A stretch of DNA of 64,000 nucleotides from assembly GCA_964490365.1 (NCBI GenBank), contig CAZBAG010000001.1, forward strand, positions 129,512 to 193,511. Direction: 5' to 3'. Position numbers and translations under genes: made by a program. Of this stretch, positions 1-9,640 are shown piece by piece (the first letter of the stretch is position 1; each line of letters opens with the position of its first letter). Source of the DNA: an uncultured Candidatus Saccharibacteria bacterium (lineage in GTDB: Bacteria > Patescibacteriota > Minisyncoccia > Phycocordibacterales > CSBR16-119). The notes under the pieces were generated by a model that saw nothing but the letters and a program-made list of their open reading frames with translations, ran no database searches and had not been told where the DNA came from.

Positions 1-224
1 GTTGTGTCTAAATCTGACACAGCGTTACCCAACGTATTTGATTTATCATTAATAACCTTGAGCTCTGCTTGTAATTTTTGAAGCTCTGACTGCAGAGCTT
101 GCATGTCAGCATTACGCTCCTTTATTTGATCTTCTAGTTCAGATACAGACTGCGCAAAGACCTGTGGACTAGCTAGGAGCCCCATGGAAAGCAAGTAAAG
201 AGTTGTAATAAGTATTTTCAGCAT
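1..224 (-). CDS. Secreted coiled-coil protein, N-terminal part (start codon at 222-224; 3' end lies beyond the window edge)
   Basis: Minus-strand translation MLKILITTLYLLSMGLLASPQVFAQSVSELEDQIKERNADMQALQSELQKLQAEL... shows a signal peptide followed by a heptad-like region. This often forms the N-terminus of M23/LytM-type or other envelope proteins. Confidence 0.4.
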   Translation of the reverse strand, partial: MLKILITTLYLLSMGLLASPQVFAQSVSELEDQIKERNADMQALQSELQKLQAELKVINDKSNTLGNAVSDLDT

Positions 225-277
225 TATCCCTATAATACCCTATTTTATGGGCCTCATTGTGGATAAATACAAAGTAC

Positions 278-306
278 TTGACAAATATATTTATATATGC
301 TATTAT
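278..306 (+). promoter_or_regulatory. Sigma70-like promoter TTGACA-17nt-TATTAT upstream of the 327..530 gene
   Basis: ttgaca at 278-283 and tattat at 301-306 with a 17-nt spacer, followed by the leader atatacaaatcctgaacacc and then ATG. Confidence 0.6.
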
Positions 307-326
307 ATATACAAATCCTGAACACC

Positions 327-530
327 ATGAAAAAGTTCATCCTGCTGTCGTTCCTTCTCATCTTCTGCTTCTCTACCCCTGTCTCTGTGTCGGCCACTGA
401 TGTGGTTGCCACCAGCGAGCAGGCTGAGTCGGGTTTCGATCGACCCAAGAAGCACAAAAAAACTTACGGTGTACGTAAGCAACCGAAGTTCCGTTCCTGC
501 AAAAATGCCAGGAAGAAACTCCGTCGCTAA
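327..530 (+). CDS. Small secreted, highly basic protein (67 aa); member of the GC-rich cassette class
   Basis: MKKFILLSFLLIFCFSTPVSVSA signal peptide, then a K/R-rich tail. G+C is clearly above the flanking DNA. It has its own consensus promoter and hairpin terminator. Confidence 0.55.
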   Translation: MKKFILLSFLLIFCFSTPVSVSATDVVATSEQAESGFDRPKKHKKTYGVRKQPKFRSCKNARKKLRR

Positions 531-547
531 GCCCTAGGGCTTACGAA

Positions 548-581
548 AAAAGACCCCCGCAAACACGCGAGGGTCTTTTTC
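548..581. terminator. Rho-independent terminator hairpin (gacccccgc...gcgagggtc followed by a T-run), likely bidirectional
   Basis: A GC-rich inverted repeat followed by tttttcttttt. It lies between the end of the 327..530 gene and the convergent end of gltX. Confidence 0.6.
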
Positions 582-584
582 TTT

Positions 585-1931
585 TTACGAAACTATTTCT
601 TGTATCTTTTTATATGCCACATTCAATCTTTGGATTGTTTCTTCTTTTCCTAATATATACGCTAGCGTGAATGGGTCAGGAGATTTTTGAAGCCCCGAAA
701 GCGCAAACCGAATTGGCCACAACACATCACCTCTTCCCTTTTCCTCAGCGTAATCCCAGACTGAAGATTTAATTGATTCTACAGAAGAAAAGTCAGCATT
801 TCCCAAAAAAGAAATAACGTTTTCCAAATGTGTCTTAGTTTGATATTCGTCAGAATTTTTCCAAATGAGATCGCGTGTTTCGTAATGTGGAAGTGCATTA
901 TAGAATGAAAGGTTTTCATTCTTTAAATCACTAAACTTGTGAATTCTTTCAGTCAGTGTTGGTAGTGCTCGCTCCAACATTTCTTCTGGGATATGTGCAA
1001 AGTGTTTAACACCTAGAAGTACTTCATCTGGTGATTTTTGAACAAGGTACTGTTTATTAAACCAATCCAGTTTTTCAATATTAAACACCCCACCACCACG
1101 TTGCACTTTTTCAAGAGAAAATTCTTTAATCAATTCTGAGAGAGAAAATAATTCCTTTTCAGTTCCAGGGTTCCAACCAATAAATGCCAAAAAGTTAATC
1201 ACGGCCTCCGGGAAATATCCCATATCTTTAAAATCAAGTAAGGCTGTTGCTCCATGTCGTTTAGAAAGCTTTGTTTTATCTGGCGCTAGCACAAGCGGTA
1301 TGTGCGCGTAGATTGGACGAGTAAAACCGAGCGCCTCAAGAATGAGAATTTGCCGTGGCGTATTTGCAATATGTTCCTGAGCACGAATAATATGACTCAC
1401 TTCCATAAGTCCATCGTCAACAACAACAGTAAGGTGATACAGTGGTGTCTCAATATCTTTTGCAATCACGAAGTCGCCCAAGTCAGTGGTGTCTACTTCA
1501 ATGTCACCTAGAATAACATCATGAAATGTTATATTTGTATTTGGATTTTTAAAACGAATCACCGATGCTCTTCCTGGTCCAGTCCTAGTTAATTTGGTAA
1601 GTGCTTGCCCATTAAATTCTTGTGTTTCATCAGAAATATACGCATGTCCAGAATCAAGAAGCTTTTGGATGTGCTCTTTATAGATCTCTGTACGCTCTGA
1701 TTGTCGGTAAAAAGAATCATAGTTCAAGCCAAGCCATGAGAATGAATCAATAATATTTTCTTCGAACTCTGGTTTTGAGCGTTCTTTGTCAGTATCCTCG
1801 ATACGTAAAATAAATTCTCCTCCATGTTTTTTTGCAAAGAGATATGAAAAAAGCGCCGTACGAGCAGAACCAACGTGAAATTTTCCCGTTGGGCTCGGAG
1901 CCATTCTTGTTACAATTTTTCGTTCTGACAT
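585..1931 (-). CDS. gltX: Glutamyl-tRNA synthetase
   Basis: Class I aaRS with a HIGH-type motif (PSPTGKFHVGS) and a KMSKS-type motif (KLSKR); 448 aa. Confidence 0.9.
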   Translation of the reverse strand: MSERKIVTRMAPSPTGKFHVGSARTALFSYLFAKKHGGEFILRIEDTDKERSKPEFEENIIDSFSWLGLNYDSFYRQSERTEIYKEHIQKLLDSGHAYISDETQEFNGQALTKLTRTGPGRASVIRFKNPNTNITFHDVILGDIEVDTTDLGDFVIAKDIETPLYHLTVVVDDGLMEVSHIIRAQEHIANTPRQILILEALGFTRPIYAHIPLVLAPDKTKLSKRHGATALLDFKDMGYFPEAVINFLAFIGWNPGTEKELFSLSELIKEFSLEKVQRGGGVFNIEKLDWFNKQYLVQKSPDEVLLGVKHFAHIPEEMLERALPTLTERIHKFSDLKNENLSFYNALPHYETRDLIWKNSDEYQTKTHLENVISFLGNADFSSVESIKSSVWDYAEEKGRGDVLWPIRFALSGLQKSPDPFTLAYILGKEETIQRLNVAYKKIQEIVS

Positions 1932-1932
1932 A

Positions 1933-3060
1933 TTAGTTTTCGTGAGTCAAGCCTAGTTTAATAATCTCTTCTGCAATCTTATCTTCTGCATCAGGATGTA
2001 CGAATTCTTTTGTTCCCTCCTTCATCTTTGTTCGAATTTCTTCATTTTCCAAAATTCGAACAAGTTCAGATACGAACAAGTGTGGGGTCAAATTTTTTTC
2101 TTCGATAACCTGACATGCACCGGTTGCCGCATAGTTGTAAGCATTTTTCCTTTGATGATCACCATTTGATTTTGAAATCGGCACAATAATAGAAGGCACA
2201 CCCCACGACGCAATCTCGGCAATAAATCCTGCGCCAGCACGAGAGACAATAACATCGGCAACTCCCGCAGACATACGTAGAGCCAATTTGTTTAAATATG
2301 GATAACAGTTATAGCGCTTCTTGTGCATATTATCTTTTAATACCACATCTGCAAGACCTTGCATTTCTTCAAAATTCTTTGTACCAACTTGGTGAATAAT
2401 TTGATACTTTTCAACAAGTTCAGGTAGTGAATTAATGACAGCATCGTTAATTGCTTTTGCTCCTTGTGAACCACCCACAATCATAATGGTTTTAAGACCA
2501 GTGTTGAGTTTCAAATATTCATATGCACCAACAGGTAGTGGGTCGCGTACGTCTTTACGCACAATATTTCCGACAAACGCTGTTTTTTCTTTTGGTAAAT
2601 ATTCAACCGCTTCTTTATATGAAATAGCAATTTTCTTTGCCCATTTTGCAGCCATTTTGTTCGCTCGTCCTGGATACGAATCAGATTCGTGGATTACTAA
2701 TGGAATACCTAAAAATTTTGCTGCAATAACAACGGGCACTGCAGGATACCCTCCTTTACTAAACACCACGTCAGGAAAAATTCGATACAGCAACATAATT
2801 GCCTTAAGCGTTGCAAAAAATGTTTTGACTGCATCAAAAATATTTTCTATTGAAAAGTAGATTCTATTCTTCCCTGTTGGCAATTCGTAAAATCTAATGT
2901 TCGCATCGTCGAGAGCTCGCTGATCGTAGGGTGAGTCAGAGATATAAATAAGCTCGTGCTGTATAATTTTTTCTCGAAGCGCAACTTGATTAATCGCCTC
3001 AGCGACAGCAATCATTGGGTAGAAATGTCCTCCTCCACCTCCGGTTAGTACTATTTTCAT
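1933..3060 (-). CDS. murG: UDP-GlcNAc:undecaprenyl-PP-MurNAc-pentapeptide GlcNAc transferase
   Basis: The N-terminal G-rich loop LTGGGGGHFYP is typical of the GT28 family. It sits next to ftsW and mraY in a conserved cluster. Confidence 0.85.
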   Translation of the reverse strand: MKIVLTGGGGGHFYPMIAVAEAINQVALREKIIQHELIYISDSPYDQRALDDANIRFYELPTGKNRIYFSIENIFDAVKTFFATLKAIMLLYRIFPDVVFSKGGYPAVPVVIAAKFLGIPLVIHESDSYPGRANKMAAKWAKKIAISYKEAVEYLPKEKTAFVGNIVRKDVRDPLPVGAYEYLKLNTGLKTIMIVGGSQGAKAINDAVINSLPELVEKYQIIHQVGTKNFEEMQGLADVVLKDNMHKKRYNCYPYLNKLALRMSAGVADVIVSRAGAGFIAEIASWGVPSIIVPISKSNGDHQRKNAYNYAATGACQVIEEKNLTPHLFVSELVRILENEEIRTKMKEGTKEFVHPDAEDKIAEEIIKLGLTHEN

Positions 3061-4163
3061 ATATGTATTGTAGGTTTTTGACGCGAAATATTTAATATAA
3101 TACCCACCACCGCTAACGAAAACATGAGAGATGTTCCTCCATGACTTATAAAGACAAGGGGTACCCCGGTAAGTGGAAACGCTCCAACGCTCGAGGCAAT
3201 ATTCATAAATGACTGGGCAATAATCAGTATAACAAGACCAACCACCATAAGTCTAGAAAATGAATCTGGCGCATGAAATGCAATTCTCATGCCCCGTAAA
3301 GCAAAAGCTAGATACAGAACAATCAGAAGACAGGTGCCGAAAAATCCAAATTCTTCACCAATGACGGCAAAAATAGAATCTCCTTGGGGTTCTGGTAAAT
3401 ACGTAAATTTTTGGACACTTTTTCCAAGTCCTCGTCCAAAAATTTCTCCTGAACCAATAGCAATGAGCGACTGGTTAAGTTGATACGATGTATCCATGAC
3501 ATCGTGAGCAGGGTTAATAAACGTCATCACTCGATCGCGTAAATATGGTTTTGTGAGCACCATGCCAGCAAAGATGAGTATACTCACACCTGCAGTTCCT
3601 AAAATATATTTCCACGGAACACCCGATGCCACGAGCATTCCGCCAGATGCAAGCACGATCAAAATAATACTTTTATGATCGGGCTGTTTAACGAGAATTA
3701 CAGTAATAACAGCAAGAATAATGAAAAGCGGTAATACACCGTATTTAAGTTCTTTTGCTTTACTTTTTACCCATGAAAGCCAGCCCGCAAAATAGAAAAT
3801 GAAAGAAATCTTGAGAAATTCAACAGGTTGAAAACTGATACCGCCAATATCGATCCAACGTGTAGCGCCGCCGTGTTTTTGCCCAAGACCCGGGATAAAC
3901 ACCAGCAATGTACAAATAAGCGACGCAAAGAAAAAATAAAATGCATAGGTTCTCCAAAATTTATACGGGACACGAGAACATACATACATAAGCACAAGGC
4001 CGATCACGAGTCCAAATGTTTGACTAAACAAGACTCCAGCAAATTTTGCTTCATTTTTTGCTAAGATTCCAAATGATGCAGACACAAAAGAAAAAAGCCC
4101 AAACACCAGAAGTGCAATCACGATACCTAAAAATATAGTGTCGACTTTTCCTTTTCGTTCCAT
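3057..4163 (-). CDS. ftsW: SEDS-family peptidoglycan glycosyltransferase (FtsW/RodA)
   Basis: A 10-TM protein in the mraY-ftsW-murG cluster context; its stop overlaps the murG start. Confidence 0.75.
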   Translation of the reverse strand: MERKGKVDTIFLGIVIALLVFGLFSFVSASFGILAKNEAKFAGVLFSQTFGLVIGLVLMYVCSRVPYKFWRTYAFYFFFASLICTLLVFIPGLGQKHGGATRWIDIGGISFQPVEFLKISFIFYFAGWLSWVKSKAKELKYGVLPLFIILAVITVILVKQPDHKSIILIVLASGGMLVASGVPWKYILGTAGVSILIFAGMVLTKPYLRDRVMTFINPAHDVMDTSYQLNQSLIAIGSGEIFGRGLGKSVQKFTYLPEPQGDSIFAVIGEEFGFFGTCLLIVLYLAFALRGMRIAFHAPDSFSRLMVVGLVILIIAQSFMNIASSVGAFPLTGVPLVFISHGGTSLMFSLAVVGIILNISRQKPTIHI

Positions 4164-4169
4164 AGGTAA

Positions 4170-5273
4170 TTAAAGAAGTGCAATCACAATACCTGTTATT
4201 GCAAACACAACAGAAATAATCCAGTATCGCATAGTAATCTTTGCCCGTGACCACCCGATTGCTTCAAAGTGATGATGGACGGGAGCTACTCTAAAAATTC
4301 TACCGTTTGGCCCATAGAGTTTCTTTGAAATAATTTGCAAGAAAGAAGAAAGTGAAGTGAAAAACAATGGAAATCCAATCACTGGAAGTAAAAGTACTTG
4401 ATTGGTAAGAAACGCAATAACGGTAAGCGTAAGCGTAAGAGCTAACATACCTGTCTCCCCCATATAAAAACGAGCTGGTGGAATATTGAACCATAGGAAT
4501 GCAAGTATTGCCCCAGCAACAACAGCAGAAAAAGCTGCAATATCAATTTGGTTTTGGAAAAATGCAATCGTTGCATAGGCTGAAAATGTTGTAGCCATAA
4601 CGCCCCCCGCCAAACCGTCAATGCCGTCAATGACTCCACTTGAAAATACTGCGAGCATGACGAGTGCAAACACAGGAATAAACAACCAACCGAATTCAAG
4701 TACACTGTTAAATGTAAATGGAATATCGATAGCACTAATACCAAGCTTTGTGAAAAACCAATACCCAAAAGAAAGTCCTACGAGCGCCACAAAAGAAAAC
4801 ATCATTTTTCTTGGAAAACCATTTGCAAATTTTCCTTTCATGATAAACGAACACATGAGGTCATCTGCAAGCCCCCAGAGCGCACCTAATATGAGCGCAA
4901 TAAATGGCAAGAGTGTTTGGTTTTTACTCACGAAATTTATTTTCTGTGTCGCTACATTTGGAAAAAACTCTGCCAAGAGAAATAAGATTCCTGCACAAAG
5001 AGCAATACTGAGCCAAATCACAATACCACCCACCCGTGGAGTTTTCAGTTCTTCATGTGCGTTGTTAATTTTCTGAAATTCAGGAGAAATATCACCCGGC
5101 CTAACACCGAACTTGTTGAGCGGTGCCTCCTCGTCAATTTTATTTTCTTTACGCGCAACCTTTTTCCAAAGTTTATATCTATAAAAAATATTGGTAAGTC
5201 CTGGAGTAATAAGAATGCCCAACATGAAGGTGAGAACAACTGGCAAAAAAAGTTTTAGGAGACTTAAATCCAT
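4170..5273 (-). CDS. mraY: Phospho-N-acetylmuramoyl-pentapeptide transferase
   Basis: Polytopic membrane protein carrying the MraY-diagnostic motif (RVAPVHHHFEAIGW). Confidence 0.85.
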   Translation of the reverse strand: MDLSLLKLFLPVVLTFMLGILITPGLTNIFYRYKLWKKVARKENKIDEEAPLNKFGVRPGDISPEFQKINNAHEELKTPRVGGIVIWLSIALCAGILFLLAEFFPNVATQKINFVSKNQTLLPFIALILGALWGLADDLMCSFIMKGKFANGFPRKMMFSFVALVGLSFGYWFFTKLGISAIDIPFTFNSVLEFGWLFIPVFALVMLAVFSSGVIDGIDGLAGGVMATTFSAYATIAFFQNQIDIAAFSAVVAGAILAFLWFNIPPARFYMGETGMLALTLTLTVIAFLTNQVLLLPVIGFPLFFTSLSSFLQIISKKLYGPNGRIFRVAPVHHHFEAIGWSRAKITMRYWIISVVFAITGIVIALL

Positions 5274-5276
5274 ATT

Positions 5277-6269
5277 TTATAATTGTACTTCATTTATAAG
5301 CTTTAGCGTAGTACTTGATAACTTCTCGATATCGGTAAAACGATGCGCAAATGTTGAACCTAAGACGTTAGCAATAATCGTTTTTCCTTCTGGGGTTTTG
5401 AACGAAACAATTAGGTTTCCACCTGAAATATTCGTAAATCCAGTTTTTGATGCCGAAATACCAGCTACAAGTCCTGGGTTTGGATTTGTATTTATTGCAG
5501 TGTGTGAGGTGTTGCTTGCTGAAGTAAAGAGTTGTGAGTTAAACGATGTTGAAGAAAAGATATCTGGGTAAATCGAAACAGCGTAGTCAAAAAGATGCAC
5601 AATTTCTGAAGAAGTACTATAGCCACCATTTTTACCATCTTCTAAATCTAAACCTGATTCATTCAGAAAAACTGTATGGCTGAGTCCAAAACTTTGGGCT
5701 TTTGCATTCATAAGGTCAACAAAATACTGTACGGATGATTCTTCGGTGAGAAACCCTGCCTTGTGACCAACATGAAGCGACAATGCTCGTGTAGCGTCAT
5801 TTGAAGATGTAATTAACATAAAGCGAAGTAATTCATCTCTTCCCCATTTTTCATCGGCTAAAAGACCATTATCGCCCGTGAGACTGAGCGCTTCTTTTGG
5901 AATCGTAATGATTTCAGTTTGACTGATCTGCTCCATCGAAACAATTGCTGTCATGATTTTTGTCAGTGAAGCAAGAGGCATCACGGTTTCTGTGTCTTTG
6001 CCATAAATCACCTGCTTTGTTCCTGAATCAACGATCAAGACTGATGAGGCTTTTAAATCTAAAGATTCAAAAAAAACACTGAGTTTACTGTCAGTCATTT
6101 GAGAGATCAGTTCGTCTTGAGTTTCTTTGCTGATTTCTTCTGCAGAAATGTGCCTATGTGTTCCAAAAATATACGAAGACGCAAGCAACAGTGTCAACGC
6201 AAGAACGCCCAAACTTTGGCGCTCGCTTTTTGTAAGTTCATCGGTACGACTATACTGCAGAATTTTCAT
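5277..6269 (-). CDS. D-alanyl-D-alanine carboxypeptidase (PBP5/6-type serine peptidase S11)
   Basis: The SxxK (SLTK), SxN (SSND) and KTG (SKTG) motifs appear in order after an N-terminal anchor. Confidence 0.8.
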   Translation of the reverse strand: MKILQYSRTDELTKSERQSLGVLALTLLLASSYIFGTHRHISAEEISKETQDELISQMTDSKLSVFFESLDLKASSVLIVDSGTKQVIYGKDTETVMPLASLTKIMTAIVSMEQISQTEIITIPKEALSLTGDNGLLADEKWGRDELLRFMLITSSNDATRALSLHVGHKAGFLTEESSVQYFVDLMNAKAQSFGLSHTVFLNESGLDLEDGKNGGYSTSSEIVHLFDYAVSIYPDIFSSTSFNSQLFTSASNTSHTAINTNPNPGLVAGISASKTGFTNISGGNLIVSFKTPEGKTIIANVLGSTFAHRFTDIEKLSSTTLKLINEVQL

Positions 6270-6813
6270 GGGAAATTTGATCTACTTTTTGCTGTAAATT
6301 GTTAACAATAGTTTCGTAGTCTGGAAGTTCTGACACGTTTGAAACGCCAAGATATGAGAGCAGCTCTAAGGACGGACCATACACTGAAATTCTTGAGTCT
6401 TTTGCGTCTACTGTTTTATCGACAAGGCCACGCACTTGCAGGTTTCGTAAAATAAAACCAGAATTCACACCTCGAATATAATCTATGTCAGCTCTTGAAA
6501 CTTTTTCTTTATACAAAACAATAGACAGTGTTTCGAGTGAAGCACGAGAAAGTTCTTTATTAAGTTCTTCTTTACGAAGTTCTTCAAAAAAAGAAGAGAG
6601 CTCTTTTGCGGTACCGAGCATTACCTCTTGCTCATTTACAACAAGTGACAACCCTCTGTGTGAAAGCGCTTCTCCAAGCATGGACACAGCATTTCGAATT
6701 TCCGCATCTTCAACTTTAAATGCTTTTGCCAACTCTTTAAAAGAAACAGGCTCTCCTTTATAAAAAAGAAGTGCTTCAATTTTTGCATCTAAACTAAGAT
6801 CTGTGTGTTCCAT
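6250..6813 (-). CDS. scpB: Segregation and condensation protein B
   Basis: A winged-helix repeat protein of about 187 aa, immediately downstream of scpA. Confidence 0.8.
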   Translation of the reverse strand: MEHTDLSLDAKIEALLFYKGEPVSFKELAKAFKVEDAEIRNAVSMLGEALSHRGLSLVVNEQEVMLGTAKELSSFFEELRKEELNKELSRASLETLSIVLYKEKVSRADIDYIRGVNSGFILRNLQVRGLVDKTVDAKDSRISVYGPSLELLSYLGVSNVSELPDYETIVNNLQQKVDQISHENSAV

Positions 6814-6816
6814 AAA

Positions 6817-7608
6817 TTAATTATCGTTAGATTCATCCTCACCCTCACTATGTATCTCGGTGAGAGGTTGTTGTAACTCCTGTTTTTCAATATTAATATC
6901 ACCCGTTTCGTCCTGAAAGGCTTCCATAATACCCGATCTCACTAATTCTAGCACAGCCAAAAAACTTACGATAACTGTGACTCGCTCCTCTTTTTTACTG
7001 GCAAAATTTTGCCCTTTCCAAAGATCTTTAAAGTTTGTTTTCTCAAAACTTTTCATAACTCGGTCAGTCAGATCATCAATCATTTCTTTCAGACTTTTCA
7101 CTTTTACCACTTCGACTTCTTTGAGTTTTGGTGCTCGAGGCAACGGTATTTCTGCAATGGCAGAAAAGCTGAGTTCTTTCATCAGATCTTTCGTTATGTG
7201 TTTATCAGGACTAAACACTCGGAGCTCATTTTTTTTTATAAGCTTTGGGAAAATTATTTCTTTACCATATTTTTTCTGAATATCTTGTCCAACATCTTGG
7301 ATAATTTTATATAACCGAAGTCGTGCTTCCAGGTCATCTATTTGAGTTTCTTCTTCTGTCGTCAGAGTGAGGTTTGGGAGAAGCGAACGAGATTTAATTA
7401 GAATCAGTGTTGCCGCAACAGTGATAAAGTGCGCGTAGTGATCTATTTTTTTATTTTCTAGATTTTGAATATAACGAATATAATCATCAGTAATTTCAGC
7501 CAGAGAAATCTCATTAATAAAAAGCTTTCTTTTTTCAATTAGATTTAAAAGAACCTCAAGAGGCCCTTCAAATTGAGTAGATTTTACGCTATATGGAGTT
7601 TCCGTCAC
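6817..7608 (-). CDS. scpA: Segregation and condensation protein A (kleisin)
   Basis: The N-terminal sequence EGPLEVLLNLIEKRKLFINEISLAEITDDYIRYI is typical of ScpA. The gene uses a GTG start. Confidence 0.8.
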   Translation of the reverse strand: MTETPYSVKSTQFEGPLEVLLNLIEKRKLFINEISLAEITDDYIRYIQNLENKKIDHYAHFITVAATLILIKSRSLLPNLTLTTEEETQIDDLEARLRLYKIIQDVGQDIQKKYGKEIIFPKLIKKNELRVFSPDKHITKDLMKELSFSAIAEIPLPRAPKLKEVEVVKVKSLKEMIDDLTDRVMKSFEKTNFKDLWKGQNFASKKEERVTVIVSFLAVLELVRSGIMEAFQDETGDINIEKQELQQPLTEIHSEGEDESNDN

Positions 7609-7666
7609 GTATAGATTTTAACACGACACTTAATATATTACCCATTTTATCTGGGTAATATATACA

Positions 7667-7695
7667 TTGACAATAATAATTTAATATGTTATTAT
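7667..7695 (+). promoter_or_regulatory. Sigma70-like promoter TTGACA-17nt-TATTAT
   Basis: ttgaca at 7667-7672 and tattat at 7690-7695, followed by the C/A-rich leader caacgtaaaccaacacaacaacc and ATG at 7719. Confidence 0.6.
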
Positions 7696-7718
7696 CAACG
7701 TAAACCAACACAACAACC

Positions 7719-8063
7719 ATGGGAGAAACTCTCAACCTTACTAAGCGAATGATCTGGAACGGTCCAACGGAATTTGAACTTGTTCAATCACTCCTAAGGG
7801 GCTCTGAAGTGAATTTCTGGATCCTGTCCGAAGATAGTGATCCGGGCGAAATTCCACCAGACAACCGGCCTTGTGTCGTGGTTGGAATAGAACGATCTTT
7901 TGATGAACCAATGGAGTACCATCTTGCGGTGCAAATGATCGGACTCAAGACACCAGCACGACAATACTTCAAGTATCGGCCTCTCACCCACCAAGGTGAA
8001 TGGGTTGGATGCTTGGACATGGGTCACAAGGCATACGAGGGTCACAGCTTCCGTATGCCTTGA
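7719..8063 (+). CDS. Hypothetical protein (114 aa), GC-rich cassette gene
   Basis: G+C is elevated by eye. The product has no recognisable family. It is flanked by its own promoter and a hairpin terminator. Confidence 0.5.
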   Translation: MGETLNLTKRMIWNGPTEFELVQSLLRGSEVNFWILSEDSDPGEIPPDNRPCVVVGIERSFDEPMEYHLAVQMIGLKTPARQYFKYRPLTHQGEWVGCLDMGHKAYEGHSFRMP

Positions 8064-8080
8064 GCTTACAACACGCACAA

Positions 8081-8112
8081 AAAAGCCCTGCACATCGCGG
8101 GGCTTTTTTCTT
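8081..8112 (+). terminator. Hairpin terminator after the 7719..8063 gene
   Basis: aagccctgcacatcgcggggc followed by ttttttctttt. Confidence 0.5.
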
Positions 8113-9531
8113 TTACTTATCTTTCTTCGTAATCTTAATACTTAATTCATCCATTTGAGCTTGTGAGATTTCACTTGGTGAATCCATCATCGGATCCCTT
8201 CCCTCTCGTGTTTTTGGAAAAGCGATTACCTCTCTAATATTTGGTTCATTTTGAAGAATCATCATGAGTCGATCAAATCCCCAGGCTATTCCTCCGTGGG
8301 GGGGCGTTCCTGAACCAAGAGCCTTCAACATGTGTCCAAAATTACTTTGAATTTTTTCTTCAGAGTGACCGAGGATTCCTAGAATATTTTTAAGAATTTC
8401 TGGGTCATGTGCTCGAACAGAACCTCCACCAATTTCATAACCATTCAACACAATATCGTATTGCGCTGCAATCACATCACCAATATTTTTTCTCTCTTTG
8501 AGATTCTCGACATGTTCTGGTTTTGAAAGAGAAAACGGATTGTGGGTAAATGTCCATTCACCTTCCGCTTGTGGGTTGTCAGACGCACTGGTCTTTTCAA
8601 AAAACGGGAAATCTACGACCCAGCAAAACGCCAAAAGGTTTTGATCGTCTTTATTCTCTCGAATATCTGGTCGGTCGCTTCCATATTTTTCCATTGCCTC
8701 TTTATATGGGATTTTTGGAAATGGAATTTGTTGTATTTTTTTCTCTGGGTAGAGCTTCGTAACAAGTTCGATCAGAAGATTTTCTGTGACTGACATAACC
8801 TCTTCTTCAGATGCAAAGGAAAGTTCCATGTCGAGCTGTGTGAATTCTGGCTGTCGGTCACCACGCAAATCTTCGTCTCGCATACATCGTGCGAACTGAT
8901 AGTATCGTTCAATACCTCCAGCCATGAGAAGTTGTTTGTACTGCTGAGGAGATTGTGGAAGTGCGTAAAACTTTCCTGGATACACTCGTGAAGGCACGAC
9001 ATAGTCGCGCGCACCTTCTGGAGTTGATTTGGTGAAGATAGGAGTTTCGACTTCAACAAAGTTCTGTTCGTCGAGTTTTGACCGAACAAAATTTTGAACT
9101 TTGTGTCGAGTACGAAGATTCTTTTGAAGTCGTTCACTTCGTAAATCTAAATATCTGTTTTCGAGTCGTGTTTCTTCATTTACCTCTCGAGTGTCAGCGC
9201 CGATATTAAATACAGGTGTCTCTGCTTTATTCAAAACTTCCATCTCTAACACCTCAACTTCAATATCGCCATTCATCACCCCTTCTTTGATATTTCGTTC
9301 AGGGCGCTTGTTGATTTTCCCTTTTACAGAAACAACCCACTCTGTTCGAGTTTCTTTTGCAGTTTCCATGGCAAGAGATGCTGGTAACACCACGCCTTGC
9401 ACAGTTCCTGTTGCATCACGAAAATCAAAGAAAATCATTTTCCCTTGATCTCGCCTGACAGAAATCCAACCTTTTATTAAAACTTCTTGTGAGGCTGTTC
9501 CTCCTAGGTTTTTGATATACGTTCTTTGCAT
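8113..9531 (-). CDS. aspS: Aspartyl-tRNA synthetase (compact, without the GAD insertion)
   Basis: The class II motif RDEDLRGDRQPEFTQLDME matches AspRS. At 472 aa it is about 120 aa shorter than bacterial-type AspRS. Confidence 0.85.
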   Translation of the reverse strand: MQRTYIKNLGGTASQEVLIKGWISVRRDQGKMIFFDFRDATGTVQGVVLPASLAMETAKETRTEWVVSVKGKINKRPERNIKEGVMNGDIEVEVLEMEVLNKAETPVFNIGADTREVNEETRLENRYLDLRSERLQKNLRTRHKVQNFVRSKLDEQNFVEVETPIFTKSTPEGARDYVVPSRVYPGKFYALPQSPQQYKQLLMAGGIERYYQFARCMRDEDLRGDRQPEFTQLDMELSFASEEEVMSVTENLLIELVTKLYPEKKIQQIPFPKIPYKEAMEKYGSDRPDIRENKDDQNLLAFCWVVDFPFFEKTSASDNPQAEGEWTFTHNPFSLSKPEHVENLKERKNIGDVIAAQYDIVLNGYEIGGGSVRAHDPEILKNILGILGHSEEKIQSNFGHMLKALGSGTPPHGGIAWGFDRLMMILQNEPNIREVIAFPKTREGRDPMMDSPSEISQAQMDELSIKITKKDK

Positions 9532-9570
9532 ATGGCGCTATTCTAGCAGAAAATTTGAAAATATTAAATG

Positions 9571-9625
9571 AAAAAGACCCCAGAGCATAGCTCCGGGGCC
9601 CTTGCGTCCTCTCTTTGAGGACACA
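9571..9625 (-). terminator. Double hairpin terminator downstream of the 9641..10309 gene
   Basis: On the minus strand, gtcctcaaagagaggac and ccccggagctatgctctgggg are followed by tcttttt. Confidence 0.5.
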
Positions 9626-9640
9626 CTTCTTCTGCCTTTG

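Noticed and set aside
2435-2860. Antisense ORFs embedded in large genes (for example 2435..2860, 9602..10177, 33096..33527, 44928..45407, 54986..55789)
   Set aside because: These are shadow ORFs opposite well-supported genes (murG, the GC-rich cassette gene, dnaK, the hypothetical membrane protein, rseP). They have low-complexity translations and no independent signals.
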